Source of the DNA: an uncultured bacterium
GTDB lineage: Bacteria; Chloroflexota; UBA5177; JANWHV01
Assembly (NCBI GenBank): GCA_963827235.1
Contig: CAWHAE010000016.1
Span: 896,001-960,000, forward strand
Direction of reading: 5' to 3'
Length of the DNA: 64,000 nt
The translations under genes were made by a program, and so were the position numbers. The first letter of the stretch is position 1. Each line of letters starts with the position of its first letter. Under the pieces are notes generated by a model, which saw only the letters and a program-made list of their open reading frames with translations, ran no database searches and had not been told where the DNA came from. Below, in pieces: positions 41,595 to 51,383 of this stretch.

Positions 41595-42620
41595 CTAGAC
41601 GTATGCTTGGAAGAAATCGAGCATGCGTTGCTCGTACCGCTGCGGTTGTGCGAAGTACGCCCCCACATGTCCCGCACCCGGCACAAGCCAGAGCTGGCTG
41701 CGATGGTCGCCCGCCTGCGTATACAGCATCTGCGATTGGCTGTGCGGGATGAGCTTGTCACTTGTGCCCGCGATGTAGAGCACCGGTGTGTGCTTCATCG
41801 TGGCCACCGCCTGAACCGGCTGGATCGTGCTCGGATCGACCCCGATCAGCAGCGGTGCTTCGTGCTCGAGCGTCCAGCTGAGCGGTCCATCGAGCGGATG
41901 CACCGCCGCCGCGATATCTGCCTGGATCGTCTCATTGAGGTTGCCGTAGGCGCTGTCCGATACCACGGCCGTGATGTCCGCCTGGTCGTCGGCTGCCGCC
42001 AGTAGTGCGGTCGCCGCGCCCATCGAATAGCTGAGCAGGCCGATCTTCGTGCTCGTACCGAGGCGTTTCTTGAGGTAGGCCACGGCTCCCAGCACGTCAT
42101 ACTGCTCCCGCGCTCCCATGGTGATCTGGCTGCCGCCGGACTCTCCCTCTGCGCGCAGGTCGAACGTCAGCACGCCATAGCCGTGCTGGTGCAGGGCTAC
42201 CGCGCTGGCGGCGTAGCCCGGCTCGGCCCACCGGTTTGCCCCGATGCCGTGCACGAAGATGATCGCCCGCCCACTGCTGCTCGACGGGATAAACCAACCC
42301 GACAGCGCTATCCCGTCCCGTTGGCTGGGAAAACGTACGTTCTCGTAGGCCAGGCCGAAGTTACTCGGGTTGCTGGCCATGGCGGCACGCGCTTGATGCG
42401 TGTATGACCAGATGAAGACGCCGGGAGCGACGACGTAGGCGACCAGCAACAGCACGATCGTGGTGAAGACTGTGAGCTTGAGCAGGTGCCTCGCGCGCGG
42501 TGCGGCGCGAAGCATTCGGATTGGTGCGGACACGGAAGCCACGCTGGGCGCGGAAGCGGGATACCCGGCGCTCGTTGAGGGCGCGAGCCGATCGCATGCT
42601 CGTGCTTCATCCGTGCTCAC
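41595..42620 (-). CDS. Membrane-anchored alpha/beta hydrolase
   Basis: TM, LSGWFIP, IFVHG, FDLRAEGES, SYSMG nucleophile, GTSD, GAGH. Confidence 0.88.
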   Translation of the reverse strand: MSTDEARACDRLAPSTSAGYPASAPSVASVSAPIRMLRAAPRARHLLKLTVFTTIVLLLVAYVVAPGVFIWSYTHQARAAMASNPSNFGLAYENVRFPSQRDGIALSGWFIPSSSSGRAIIFVHGIGANRWAEPGYAASAVALHQHGYGVLTFDLRAEGESGGSQITMGAREQYDVLGAVAYLKKRLGTSTKIGLLSYSMGAATALLAAADDQADITAVVSDSAYGNLNETIQADIAAAVHPLDGPLSWTLEHEAPLLIGVDPSTIQPVQAVATMKHTPVLYIAGTSDKLIPHSQSQMLYTQAGDHRSQLWLVPGAGHVGAYFAQPQRYEQRMLDFFQAYV

Positions 42621-42935
42621 ACGCACAAGCTCCTTTCGCGCGGCGCCGCCGGCGCCTCCCAAGCGACGTACCAGCTCAGCTCCGCAGTGTGCGCTTGGTC
42701 AACGGCAGGCACCGGTGAGAGCAGACTGCCCAGCACTACGAGATCATATCATCGAGGAATCGTTCTACACATTACCCGTACGGAGTGGCCGATTGAGCAT
42801 CCCCAAAGTGGTTGGCGGAGTGGCCAACAAAAGCACTGTGGCCGCCATACCTGCCGACCTCGTGCCTATCCTGATGCGTGCTGCTCGATCGACTGGTAGC
42901 TTTGGCACCAATCCGTCTCCACGAGCAACGACCGG

Positions 42936-43496
42936 CTAGCGCGCGCGGATGCCGTCCAGAGCCATGCGGAAGACGCGCTCGCGCTGGTCTTCGCTCGGGT
43001 AGGCGACGGCGGTGATGCCGATCACAAGGCGCATTACGTCGTCGATGTCCATGTCGCAGCGGGCGGCACGGGCTAGCTGGGCGCGGCGCAGCAGCGGCTC
43101 ACCTGCCTCGGCCAGGGCGCCGCGACAGGCCTGGAACGCTTGTGATTCGCGATTGAGGCCCTCGATCAGCGCGCGCTTCGTCGCCATATACGTGACAAAC
43201 CGGCGCAGCCAGGCGACCAGCGCGTCCCAGGGCTCGGCGTGAGCCAGCTCGTCGGCGAATCGGCACACGGCATCGACTTCTGCGACGTAGACGCTTTCGA
43301 TCAGGTCTTCTCGCGCGGGAAAGTTCCGGTACAAGGTGGCAATGCCGACACCGGCGCGCCGGGCGATCTCTTCCAGCGACACGTCCACACCCAGCTCGGT
43401 GAAGGCATCGCGAGCGGCTACCAGCAGCAGATCGAAGTTGCGCGCGGCATCGGCGCGATGCGGCCGTCGCTGCGCCAGGAGGTCTGCCACGCCCAC
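42936..43496 (-). CDS. TetR-family transcriptional regulator
   Basis: RADAARN...SLEEIARRAGVGIATLYRNFP; GGGAG RBS before GTG 43496. Confidence 0.92.
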   Translation of the reverse strand: MGVADLLAQRRPHRADAARNFDLLLVAARDAFTELGVDVSLEEIARRAGVGIATLYRNFPAREDLIESVYVAEVDAVCRFADELAHAEPWDALVAWLRRFVTYMATKRALIEGLNRESQAFQACRGALAEAGEPLLRRAQLARAARCDMDIDDVMRLVIGITAVAYPSEDQRERVFRMALDGIRAR

Positions 43497-43520
43497 GCAC
43501 CGCTCCCTTCTCGACTTCAT

Positions 43521-43590
43521 TTGCATACGGAGGATTCCTCCGCTACGATGAATATGGAGGTATCCTCCAGTAATCTGGATGGCACCTCCA
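43521..43590 (+). promoter_or_regulatory. Promoter (TTGCAT-17-TACGAT) with three GGAGG-N3-CCTCC palindromes, probable TetR operators
   Basis: cggaggattcctccg 43528-43542 (inside the promoter spacer), tggaggtatcctcca 43555-43569, tggatggcacctcca 43576-43590. Confidence 0.8.
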
Positions 43591-43690
43591 CTATACCGCA
43601 ACACACGCCGCAAGTATTCTCCGCACGAGCAGTTCATGGCCGCTACAGCGCTCTGCGATCAGTCCACTGCTCCAGCGGCTGAGGGAAAAA

Positions 43691-44545
43691 ATGAGTCGCG
43701 CATCTTTGGGCCGTTTGGCAGATGTGCGAGCAGAGACGGAAAGGACGGCGGCAATGACGGTGGCAGCAGCGAGGTGGGATGTTACGGGACGGCGCGTCCT
43801 GGTGACGGGCGCGTCGAATGGCCTGGGGCTGGCAATGGCCCGGGCGCTGGCGGGCGCCGGGGCACGGGTCGCTCTGACCGGCCGAGATATGGAGCGGGTG
43901 CGCGCAGCGCTGGCCACCGTGAGCGGGGACCGGCGTGATGCCCGTGCCCTTCTCATGGATGTGCGCGATCACGCGTCGATATCCCGGGCAGTGGCCGAGA
44001 TCGATGCGGCGTGGGGCGGCCTGGATGTCCTGGTCAATAATGCTGGAATCGGCATGCGCACGGTCAATCCCGCCTTCTTGAGCGAGCCCCAGCCCTTCTG
44101 GCAGGTCTCCGAGGAGGGGTTCAAGGCCGTCATCGACACGAACCTTACCGGCTACTTCCGCGTCGCCGCCGCGGTAGTCCCGCTCTTTCTGCGCGATGGC
44201 GGCGGGGCGATTGTGAACATCAGCATCAACCGCGAGACGATGCGGCGGCGCGGCTTCGTGCCGTATGGGCCCTCGCGCGCCGGGACCGAGTCGCTCTCGC
44301 TGATCATGGCGGAGGACCTTCGCTCACACGGGGTAGCAGTGAACCTGCTGCTCCCCGGAGGAGCCACGGCGACTGGCATGATGCCCGACGATGTGCCGCC
44401 GGATTGGCGTGACCGGCTGCTCTCCCCGGACGTGATGGCGGAGCCTATTCTCTATCTGTGCTCCACGGCGGCCGAGGGCGTCACCGGGGAACGCCTGGTG
44501 GCGTCCGAATTCGCCGATTGGCTGCGCGCGCGAGACCAGCGCTGA
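43691..44545 (+). CDS. Short-chain dehydrogenase/reductase
   Basis: TGASNGLG, NNAG, YGPSR (YxxxK with Arg). Confidence 0.88.
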   Translation: MSRASLGRLADVRAETERTAAMTVAAARWDVTGRRVLVTGASNGLGLAMARALAGAGARVALTGRDMERVRAALATVSGDRRDARALLMDVRDHASISRAVAEIDAAWGGLDVLVNNAGIGMRTVNPAFLSEPQPFWQVSEEGFKAVIDTNLTGYFRVAAAVVPLFLRDGGGAIVNISINRETMRRRGFVPYGPSRAGTESLSLIMAEDLRSHGVAVNLLLPGGATATGMMPDDVPPDWRDRLLSPDVMAEPILYLCSTAAEGVTGERLVASEFADWLRARDQR

Positions 44546-44637
44546 ACCCGCGCTGCCCCGGTACAGCCATCCGCGGATCTTCCTCATGGCTGACCTGTAG
44601 CGCGCACCATCGGCAGCACCGCAGCAAGGAGAAAACC

Positions 44638-45460
44638 ATGACCACGACATCGTTCTTCGACCGGTCCACTGCGCCCGGGAGCGACACAGCGCCGGCACGA
44701 ACGGCACGACTGCAGGGCACCGTCGCGCTGGTAACCGGAGCCTCGAGCGGAATCGGCGCCGCGACGGCCGTCGCCCTCGCGGCCCAGGGTGCCGCCGTGG
44801 CACTGGCGGCTCGGCGGAAGGATCGGCTGGACGCGCTCGCCGCCGGCATCCGCAAGCAGGGCGGGACCGTGCTGGTACTGGAGTCCGACATCACCGGCGA
44901 AAAACAGGCGAGGGAGGCGGTCGAGCAGGACGGTGGCCGAGCTGGGTCGTCTCGACACCCTGATCAACAATGCCGGCGTGATGCTCCTGGGCCCGGTGGA
45001 AGGCGCTCCGCTCTCGGAGTGGCAGCAAATGGTCGAGCTCAACGTGCTCGGCCTGCTCTACTGCGCGCATGCCGCGCTGCCGCACCTGATCCGCGCGGCC
45101 GAGGACAGTTCGCGCCGGGTGGCCGATCTGGTGAACATCAGCTCGGTAGCCGGGCGGGTGGCGCGTAATGGCAGCGGTGTTTACAACCTGACCAAGCACG
45201 GCGTCGGAGCCTTCAGCGAAGCGCTGCGCCAGGAAGTCACCGCTCGCCACGTGCGCGTTTCGCTGGTCGAGCCCGGCGCCACCGCCACCGAGCTGGCCGG
45301 CCACAATCGCCCCGAGGTGCTCGAAACGATGCATGCCAGATTCAGCGGTGTTGAGCGGATGCAGGCCGAGGACATCGCCGACGCCATCATCTACATCGTC
45401 ACCCGGCCGCGCCATGTCGCGATCAATGAGCTGTTGATCCGTCCCACCGAGCAGGAGTAG
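44638..45460 (+). pseudogene. SDR oxidoreductase with a +1 frameshift near 44929
   Basis: TGASSGIG in one frame; NNAG, SSVAG and YNLTK in the next; removing one G from GAGCAGGACG restores the frame. Confidence 0.8.
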
Positions 45461-45647
45461 CCCGGCGCCTCGTCGCACGGCACCACGCGCCTACCCATCG
45501 CCGCCGCGCCGTCCGGCATATCCACGAGGACGGTGCCGCGACGGTCCCGCAGGAGCACTTGCTGCCTCAGCCACCCGAAAACGAGATGGCACATCGCAAG
45601 TGGGCGTCAGAATTGACGCCCGACCTGGCCGACGAAAGGACAGAATA

Positions 45648-46526
45648 ATGTCGACCACCGCACCGGGGGGAAGTCTGACCATTGCCGATGACCTCACCCT
45701 GAGCCGAATGGGCTACGGCGCCATGCAGCTTGCCGGACCCGGCGTGTTCGGCCCACCCAAAGATCGCGCGGAAGCGGTTGCCGTACTGCGCGAGGCGATA
45801 TCGAGCGGAGTCAACCACATCGACACCAGCGACTTCTACGGGCCGCATATCACCAACCAGATTATCCGCGAGGCGTTGCATCCTTACCCGCACGATCTCG
45901 TCATCGTGACGAAGGTTGGCGCCGCACGGGGAGAGGACGCCTCCTGGCGTCCGGCGATGACGCCCGCCGAGCTGACGAGCGCGGTGCACGACAACCTGCG
46001 CAACTTGAGCGTCGACGTGCTCGACGTCGTCAACCTGCGCATCATGGGTGACGGCCATGGTCCCACGGAGGGCTCCATCGAGGCACCGCTGACCGTGCTC
46101 GCCGAGCTCCAAAGGCAGGGCTTGATCAGGCACGTCGGCCTGAGCAACGTGACGGCGGCCCAGGTAGAGCAGGGGCGCGGCATGGCCGAGATCGTCTGCG
46201 TGCAGAACCTCTATAACCTGGCCCACCGCGACGACGATACGCTGATCGATCGTCTCGCAAGCGATGGCATTGCCTATGTGCCCTTCTTCCCGCTCGGCGG
46301 CTTCACGCCGTTCCAGTCCTCGACGCTGTCCGAGGTGGCGGCGCGGCGCGGCGCGACGCAGATGCAGGTGGCGCTCGCGTGGCTGCTGCGGCGCGCGCCC
46401 AACATCCTCCTCATCCCGGGCACTTCGTCGCTCAACCACCTGCGCGAAAACCTCGCAGCCGCGGCGCTTGAGTTGCCGGCGGATGCGATCGGCGAGCTCG
46501 ACACCATCGGCCGCCGAGCGGCATGA
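45648..46526 (+). CDS. Aldo/keto reductase (YdbC-like)
   Basis: RMGYGAMQL, HIDTSDFYG, VTKVG, GLSN, VQNLYN, IPGTSS..HLREN; AAAGGA RBS. Confidence 0.92.
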   Translation: MSTTAPGGSLTIADDLTLSRMGYGAMQLAGPGVFGPPKDRAEAVAVLREAISSGVNHIDTSDFYGPHITNQIIREALHPYPHDLVIVTKVGAARGEDASWRPAMTPAELTSAVHDNLRNLSVDVLDVVNLRIMGDGHGPTEGSIEAPLTVLAELQRQGLIRHVGLSNVTAAQVEQGRGMAEIVCVQNLYNLAHRDDDTLIDRLASDGIAYVPFFPLGGFTPFQSSTLSEVAARRGATQMQVALAWLLRRAPNILLIPGTSSLNHLRENLAAAALELPADAIGELDTIGRRAA

Positions 46527-46756
46527 CGATCGGCGAGCGATGAAGGTCGAAGGAGCCGGCCCCGGCGCCGACGCGTTTGTTTGTTCAGCCCGAGCCGGTA
46601 GGGAGCATTGCCTCGCCGGGTGGATGTGCGCTATCAACCGGTGCGCCACAATGATGGGAGATAACCTAAGCCGAGCCACGTCGACGCGGTCCGCCGCCCA
46701 AGCCCGGACCGCGTCGTCGCGCCATGTCCGTAGTAAGAGGAAGGAGTGACTCGCAG

Positions 46757-47251
46757 GTGAGCGATAAGACGTATGTTGTCGACGCATACATCGAGATTCC
46801 GCTTGGCAGCCGGAACAAATATGAGTACGACCCGGGGCACAATTGTATTCGTCTGGACCGAGTGCTCTACGCATCGGTGGTCTACCCCACGCAATACGGC
46901 TTCATCCCGGATACCCTGGCACCGGATGGCGATCCGCTGGACATCATGGTGCTGGCAAGCCAGCCTGTCTTCCCCGGATGCCGCGTCCGGGCCCGCGTGC
47001 TTGGCGCGCTGCAGATGAACGACAGCGGCGAACAGGACCACAAGATCCTGGCCGTGACCGATTGTGATCCACGTCTGCAGAGTATCAGGCGCCTGGAAGA
47101 CGTCGCGCCGGAGGTGCGTAATGAGATCGAGAACTTCTTCCGCACCTACAAGGATCTCGAGGGTCACGTCGTCGACATTGTGGGCTGGGAGGGACAAGAA
47201 GCCGCGGAGGAAGCCATCGAACAGTGCCGCACATCGACGGCATCCTCGTGA
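46757..47251 (+). CDS. ppa: Family I inorganic pyrophosphatase
   Basis: IEIP.GSRNKYEYD, LDRVL, YGFIPDTLAPDGDPLD, D.GEQDHKI, FF.TYKDLE. Confidence 0.95.
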   Translation: MSDKTYVVDAYIEIPLGSRNKYEYDPGHNCIRLDRVLYASVVYPTQYGFIPDTLAPDGDPLDIMVLASQPVFPGCRVRARVLGALQMNDSGEQDHKILAVTDCDPRLQSIRRLEDVAPEVRNEIENFFRTYKDLEGHVVDIVGWEGQEAAEEAIEQCRTSTASS

Positions 47252-47357
47252 GTGCCGACATGGTCTGAGGCCCACGCTGCGCGCGGTGATCTACTCGGGC
47301 GCTGCCATAGCTTGAGGGATCCTGTAGAGCGACGATGCCTCCGGATTCGAGAATCCG

Positions 47358-47386
47358 TTGTAGATGATGCGAAATCCGGCTACTAT
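47358..47386 (+). promoter_or_regulatory. Putative promoter for a leaderless transcript
   Basis: TTGTAG-17 bp-TACTAT ends 6 nt before ATG 47393; no SD sequence. Confidence 0.5.
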
Positions 47387-47392
47387 TGGGCC

Positions 47393-50300
47393 ATGATCGA
47401 TGCAGGCGATAAAGCCGATGCTGGCGTGAGCTATCGACAGCAGCGGCGCCGCTGTAACAGGAGTGGTTGTGCATCCTGCCGCGATGGCGGCCCCGGGCAT
47501 GGGCCGTACTGGTACGCCTACTGGCGGGAGAACGGACATCTGCGGTCCCGTTATGTAGGCAAGTCGTTGCCGGCAAGACTCGAGCCTCCCGCGCCGCCGG
47601 TACTGAGCGTGGATGGCGCTGCAACCGAGAGGGCGGCGGCCAAACACGGCGATCGGGTCGACGGAGCGTGTGCGCCCACGCTCGGGCATGTCGATGGACG
47701 CCGTGCGCTCGCTCCCAGTGGAATGACGCTAGCTCCGATCGGCGACGAGGGCGCACCGGCGCACCCACACCGGACGGTCGCGCCCGGCCGTCCGACGGAA
47801 GACGCCTCGGCGCAGGGCGCCTGCGCTCCGCCGCTGCGCGTGCGCACACTGGGCGCTTTCGAGGTCTGGCGCGGGGACGGGGTCATCTCTGCCGATGCGT
47901 GGAAGCATCGCAAGGCGCTGGCGCTCTTCACGTACTTGATCGGGGCGCCCGGGCACCGCGCACACCGCGAACGCCTCGTCGACGTGTTGTGGCCGGAAGC
48001 AGGCGGCGAGCGGGGCGCGGCGAACTTGCGTCTGACCGTGCACCGGCTGCGCAAGCTGCTCGCGGATCGTGCTGGAAGAGAGGGCTACATTCGATTGGAA
48101 GGCGACTTCTTGTCGCTCTCACCGGTGTGGTCGGGCGAGGCGCCGCCAGGCTGGCTGGACGTGACTGCGTTTGAGCACGCCGCCGCGAACGCGCTGGCCG
48201 GGCGCGATCCCGGCCTCTGTCGTGCCGCTCTGGCCAGGTATCAGGGCGAGTACCTGCCGGGTGAGCTCTACGACGAGTGGACGGCGCAACGGCGGGAGGT
48301 GCTACGCCTGCGCTACCTGGCCGTACTCCTGCACCTGGCAGAGCTGGCGGGCGCGCGCGGCGAGGCGGGCGAGGCGGAGTCGGCACTGCGCACCATGCTA
48401 GCCTGCGATCCGTGCAGCGAGGATGCAGCCTGCCGGCTGATGGGCTTACTGGGGGCGGCTGGGCAGCGGTCGGAGGCGCTGCGGGTGTACGACGGTCTGG
48501 CCATTGCGCTTCGCCGGGAGCTTGGAGTTTCGCCATCGACTGATGTGCTGACTCTGCGCCGGCAGCTACTGGAGCAGGCCGCGGCCAGCAGTGCGAGGCT
48601 GCTGCCGCAGCGGGTCGTGGCGCCCCGCCGTACCAATCTACCGGTGGCCCTGAGCAGCTTTGTGGGACGAGAGCGCGAGGTGGAGGAGGTACGGCGGCGC
48701 ATGCAGGGAGCAAGGCTGCTAACGCTGACCGGCACCGGCGGCTGCGGGAAGACGAGGCTAGCCCTGCAAGTAGGGGAGCGTCTGCTGTCTGACGTGCCCG
48801 ACGGCGTATGGCTGGTCGAGCTGGCGGCGATCGGCGGAGGCAGCGAGAATGAGGCGGCGGTCATCCGGTCGATTGCTGCTACGTTCGGCTGCCGTGAGGA
48901 GACGGACCGACCGCTTACGGAGACGGTTAGCGCCTACCTGGCAGACCGCTCGCTGGTGCTGGTGCTGGACAACTGCGAGCACCTGCGTGACGCCTGCGCG
49001 GTGGTAGTCGCGCGACTGCTGGCGGCGAGCCAGTCGCTTACGGTGCTGGCTACGAGTCGCGAGCGCCTGCACGTGCCTGGCGAGCGCCTGTATCCGGTGC
49101 GACCGCTGTCGGTGCCACCACTCGACGTGACGATTGACGCGTTGCCGCGTTACGAGGCAGGCGCGCTCTTTCTCTCACGCGCGGGCGACGTGTCGGAGGA
49201 AGAGCTTGCGGCGCCGCATAATGCGCGGGCGATCGCGCAGATCTGCGTTCGGCTGGCCGGGCTGCCCCTGGCGCTGGAGCTTGCGGCAGCGCGCGCGGCC
49301 GCATTGCCTGTGCGGGCTATCGCTGCTCGGCTGGACGACTGCTTCAACCTGCTCGTGGGCGGTCCGCGAACCGGCCTTCCCCGCCAGCGGACGCTGCGAG
49401 CCTCGCTGGAGTGGAGTTACAGCCTGATGAGCCAGGCAGAGCGTATGCTGCTGCCTCGGCTATCGGTGTTCGCAGGCGGCTGGACGCTGGGTTCGGCGGA
49501 GGCGGTGTGCGCCTGCGACGGCTCGACGCTGGATCTCCTGCAAGGGCTGGTGAGCCACTCGCTCGTGCAGGCGGAAATCGGCGAAGAAGATGCTCGCTAC
49601 AGGCTCCTGGAGCCCGTGCGCCAATACGGCTGGGAGCAGTTGCGCGGAAGTGGAGAGGAAGCGGCGACGCGCGACCGGCACCTCGCCTGGTGCATCGCGC
49701 TGGCCGAGCAGGCCGCGCCGGCGCTGATGGGCCCGCGACAGCTGGCATGGATCGACCGGCTGGAAGCCGATCACGACAACCTGCGAGCCGCACTGACCTG
49801 GGCACGAGAACGGGGAGAAATGGAGGCGGGGCTGCGGCTGGCACGGGCGCTCGGACGATTCTGGTGGATCACCGGCTACTATGGCGAAGGGAGAAGCTGG
49901 CTGGAATGGGCTCTAGCCGGTACTGGGAAGGTCCAGCCGGCCACGCGTGTCGAAGCGCTGGACTGGGCCTGCAATCTGGCGGAGTCCCAGGGCGAGTACC
50001 GGTTGGCAGCGGAGTTGGCCGAGGAATGCCTGGACCTGGCCCGCGCGTTAGGGAACACTGCCGGCATCGTCCGCGCCCTGAACAACCTGGGTTTCTTGGC
50101 CATGGACCGCGGCGAGTATGTTCAGGCAGCGGTGCTGTTGCAGGAGAGCCTGAGCCTGGCCCAGACTGTGGCGGACCAGCAGCTCACCGCCACACTGGCC
50201 GTCCATCTCGGGCTCCTGGCGCGGCTGCAGGGTGACCACGAACGAGCGGCAGCCTTTCTCGAGGACGGTCTGGCCGCCTATCGTACACTGGGCGATATCC

Positions 50301-50806
50301 GAGATATCGGCGTCTCGCTGCTGCTTCTGGGGCGATTGCACGACGAGCGGGGCGACTACGCGCGAGCCGAGGCGTCGCTCGAGGAGAGCCTGGCGCTGGC
50401 CCGCGAGCTGCGTTCAAAGTTGACTGTCGCCGATGCGCTCTGCAACCTGGGCTCGGTGGCGTACCACCGGGGCGACTTCACCAGGGCGGCCGGCCTGCTG
50501 GTGGACAGCCTGAAACTCAGCCGGGAGGTAGGGTCCAGGAACCAGATGGCCGACGAGCTGGAAGCCTTGGCCTGGGTAGCGGCGGCGCGCGGGGAGCCGC
50601 GCCGAGCCGCGCTGGTTGGCGGGGCAGCCGAAGCGCTGCGCGGGGTGCTCGGAATGCCCCAGGCGTCGCACATGCCGGCGGACCACGATCGCGCTGTGCA
50701 GGCCGTGCGCGGAGCGCTGGGCGACGAGGCGTTCGCTGCCAGCTGGGCCGAGGGGCGTGCTCTGTCGGCCGATCGCAGCGTCGCGCTGGCGCTGCAGACC
50801 TGTTAG
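47393..50806 (+). CDS. DUF6788-like Cys/His domain + SARP (wHTH-BTAD) + NB-ARC/STAND ATPase + TPR transcriptional regulator
   Basis: RRCNRSGCASCRDGGPGHGPYWYAYW; LRVRTLGAFEV...HRERLVDVLWP; TNLPVALSSFVGRE, GTGGCGKTRLA, LVLDNCEH, GLPLALELAA; C-terminal TPRs. Confidence 0.92.
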   Translation: MIDAGDKADAGVSYRQQRRRCNRSGCASCRDGGPGHGPYWYAYWRENGHLRSRYVGKSLPARLEPPAPPVLSVDGAATERAAAKHGDRVDGACAPTLGHVDGRRALAPSGMTLAPIGDEGAPAHPHRTVAPGRPTEDASAQGACAPPLRVRTLGAFEVWRGDGVISADAWKHRKALALFTYLIGAPGHRAHRERLVDVLWPEAGGERGAANLRLTVHRLRKLLADRAGREGYIRLEGDFLSLSPVWSGEAPPGWLDVTAFEHAAANALAGRDPGLCRAALARYQGEYLPGELYDEWTAQRREVLRLRYLAVLLHLAELAGARGEAGEAESALRTMLACDPCSEDAACRLMGLLGAAGQRSEALRVYDGLAIALRRELGVSPSTDVLTLRRQLLEQAAASSARLLPQRVVAPRRTNLPVALSSFVGREREVEEVRRRMQGARLLTLTGTGGCGKTRLALQVGERLLSDVPDGVWLVELAAIGGGSENEAAVIRSIAATFGCREETDRPLTETVSAYLADRSLVLVLDNCEHLRDACAVVVARLLAASQSLTVLATSRERLHVPGERLYPVRPLSVPPLDVTIDALPRYEAGALFLSRAGDVSEEELAAPHNARAIAQICVRLAGLPLALELAAARAAALPVRAIAARLDDCFNLLVGGPRTGLPRQRTLRASLEWSYSLMSQAERMLLPRLSVFAGGWTLGSAEAVCACDGSTLDLLQGLVSHSLVQAEIGEEDARYRLLEPVRQYGWEQLRGSGEEAATRDRHLAWCIALAEQAAPALMGPRQLAWIDRLEADHDNLRAALTWARERGEMEAGLRLARALGRFWWITGYYGEGRSWLEWALAGTGKVQPATRVEALDWACNLAESQGEYRLAAELAEECLDLARALGNTAGIVRALNNLGFLAMDRGEYVQAAVLLQESLSLAQTVADQQLTATLAVHLGLLARLQGDHERAAAFLEDGLAAYRTLGDIRDIGVSLLLLGRLHDERGDYARAEASLEESLALARELRSKLTVADALCNLGSVAYHRGDFTRAAGLLVDSLKLSREVGSRNQMADELEALAWVAAARGEPRRAALVGGAAEALRGVLGMPQASHMPADHDRAVQAVRGALGDEAFAASWAEGRALSADRSVALALQTC

Positions 50807-51030
50807 GAGGGCCCTTCGGCGCCGTTGCGTGGTTCCGGCTGAGCCGCGTCGTGTCGGTCAAGGTGCAGCCCGTCGGCCTCGGCGAGCCGGCGCAGCTGCG
50901 CCAGCAGCTGCTCGAGAGTGTGGAAACGCCAGTGCGCCGCGGCCTGGATCTGTTCCAGGCTGCCCGCCCACTCGGAGCCGTTCGCGTCCTGTCGCTGCCA
51001 CACTCTGAGGATGTATGACTTATAGCGCAT
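50803..51030 (-). CDS. Small hypothetical protein
   Basis: SYILRVW...W.GSLEQIQ....RF.TLEQLLAQL, a short-protein pattern I associate with Chloroflexota regulator loci. Confidence 0.6.
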   Translation of the reverse strand: MRYKSYILRVWQRQDANGSEWAGSLEQIQAAAHWRFHTLEQLLAQLRRLAEADGLHLDRHDAAQPEPRNGAEGPS

Positions 51031-51258
51031 CGCGCCTGTCCTACCCCTTCATCGTCGTTTGTTCTGCCGAGGCACGGCGCCTGCCGGCTCCGCCGAGCAA
51101 TGCACCAGGTGTGCCGCCCGCCATGGAGGACGAGCGACTATTGTCCCATTCTCCATATCCCGCTTCACTGCAGCTTGGCCTGGGTCCGCGACCGGCCGGT
51201 TGCTCACCGGGCCCCAGCTGCCGATGGTCAGTGCACGGGTGCGTGCACACCTGGACAT

Positions 51259-51291
51259 ACGGTAGACCGCGCCCGTTTCTGGAGCGTTTCT
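51259..51291 (-). promoter_or_regulatory. SARP-type direct heptamer repeat with a downstream -10 element
   Basis: Minus strand AGAAACG-ctcc-AGAAACG (11-bp period), 9 nt, then TACCGT. Confidence 0.4.
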
Positions 51292-51383
51292 CGGATTGGA
51301 GCCTGCTGCTCACCAGTCAGGGCAGGCCGGGGACAGACAAGGCTGCGTGAAGGCCCTCGAAACGGTAAGCCTGCCCACTTGTT

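Noticed and set aside
46530-46756. Fluoride riboswitch upstream of ppa
   Set aside because: GCGATGAAGGTC only loosely resembles the 5' motif, and the GCTGATGAC pseudoknot partner is absent.
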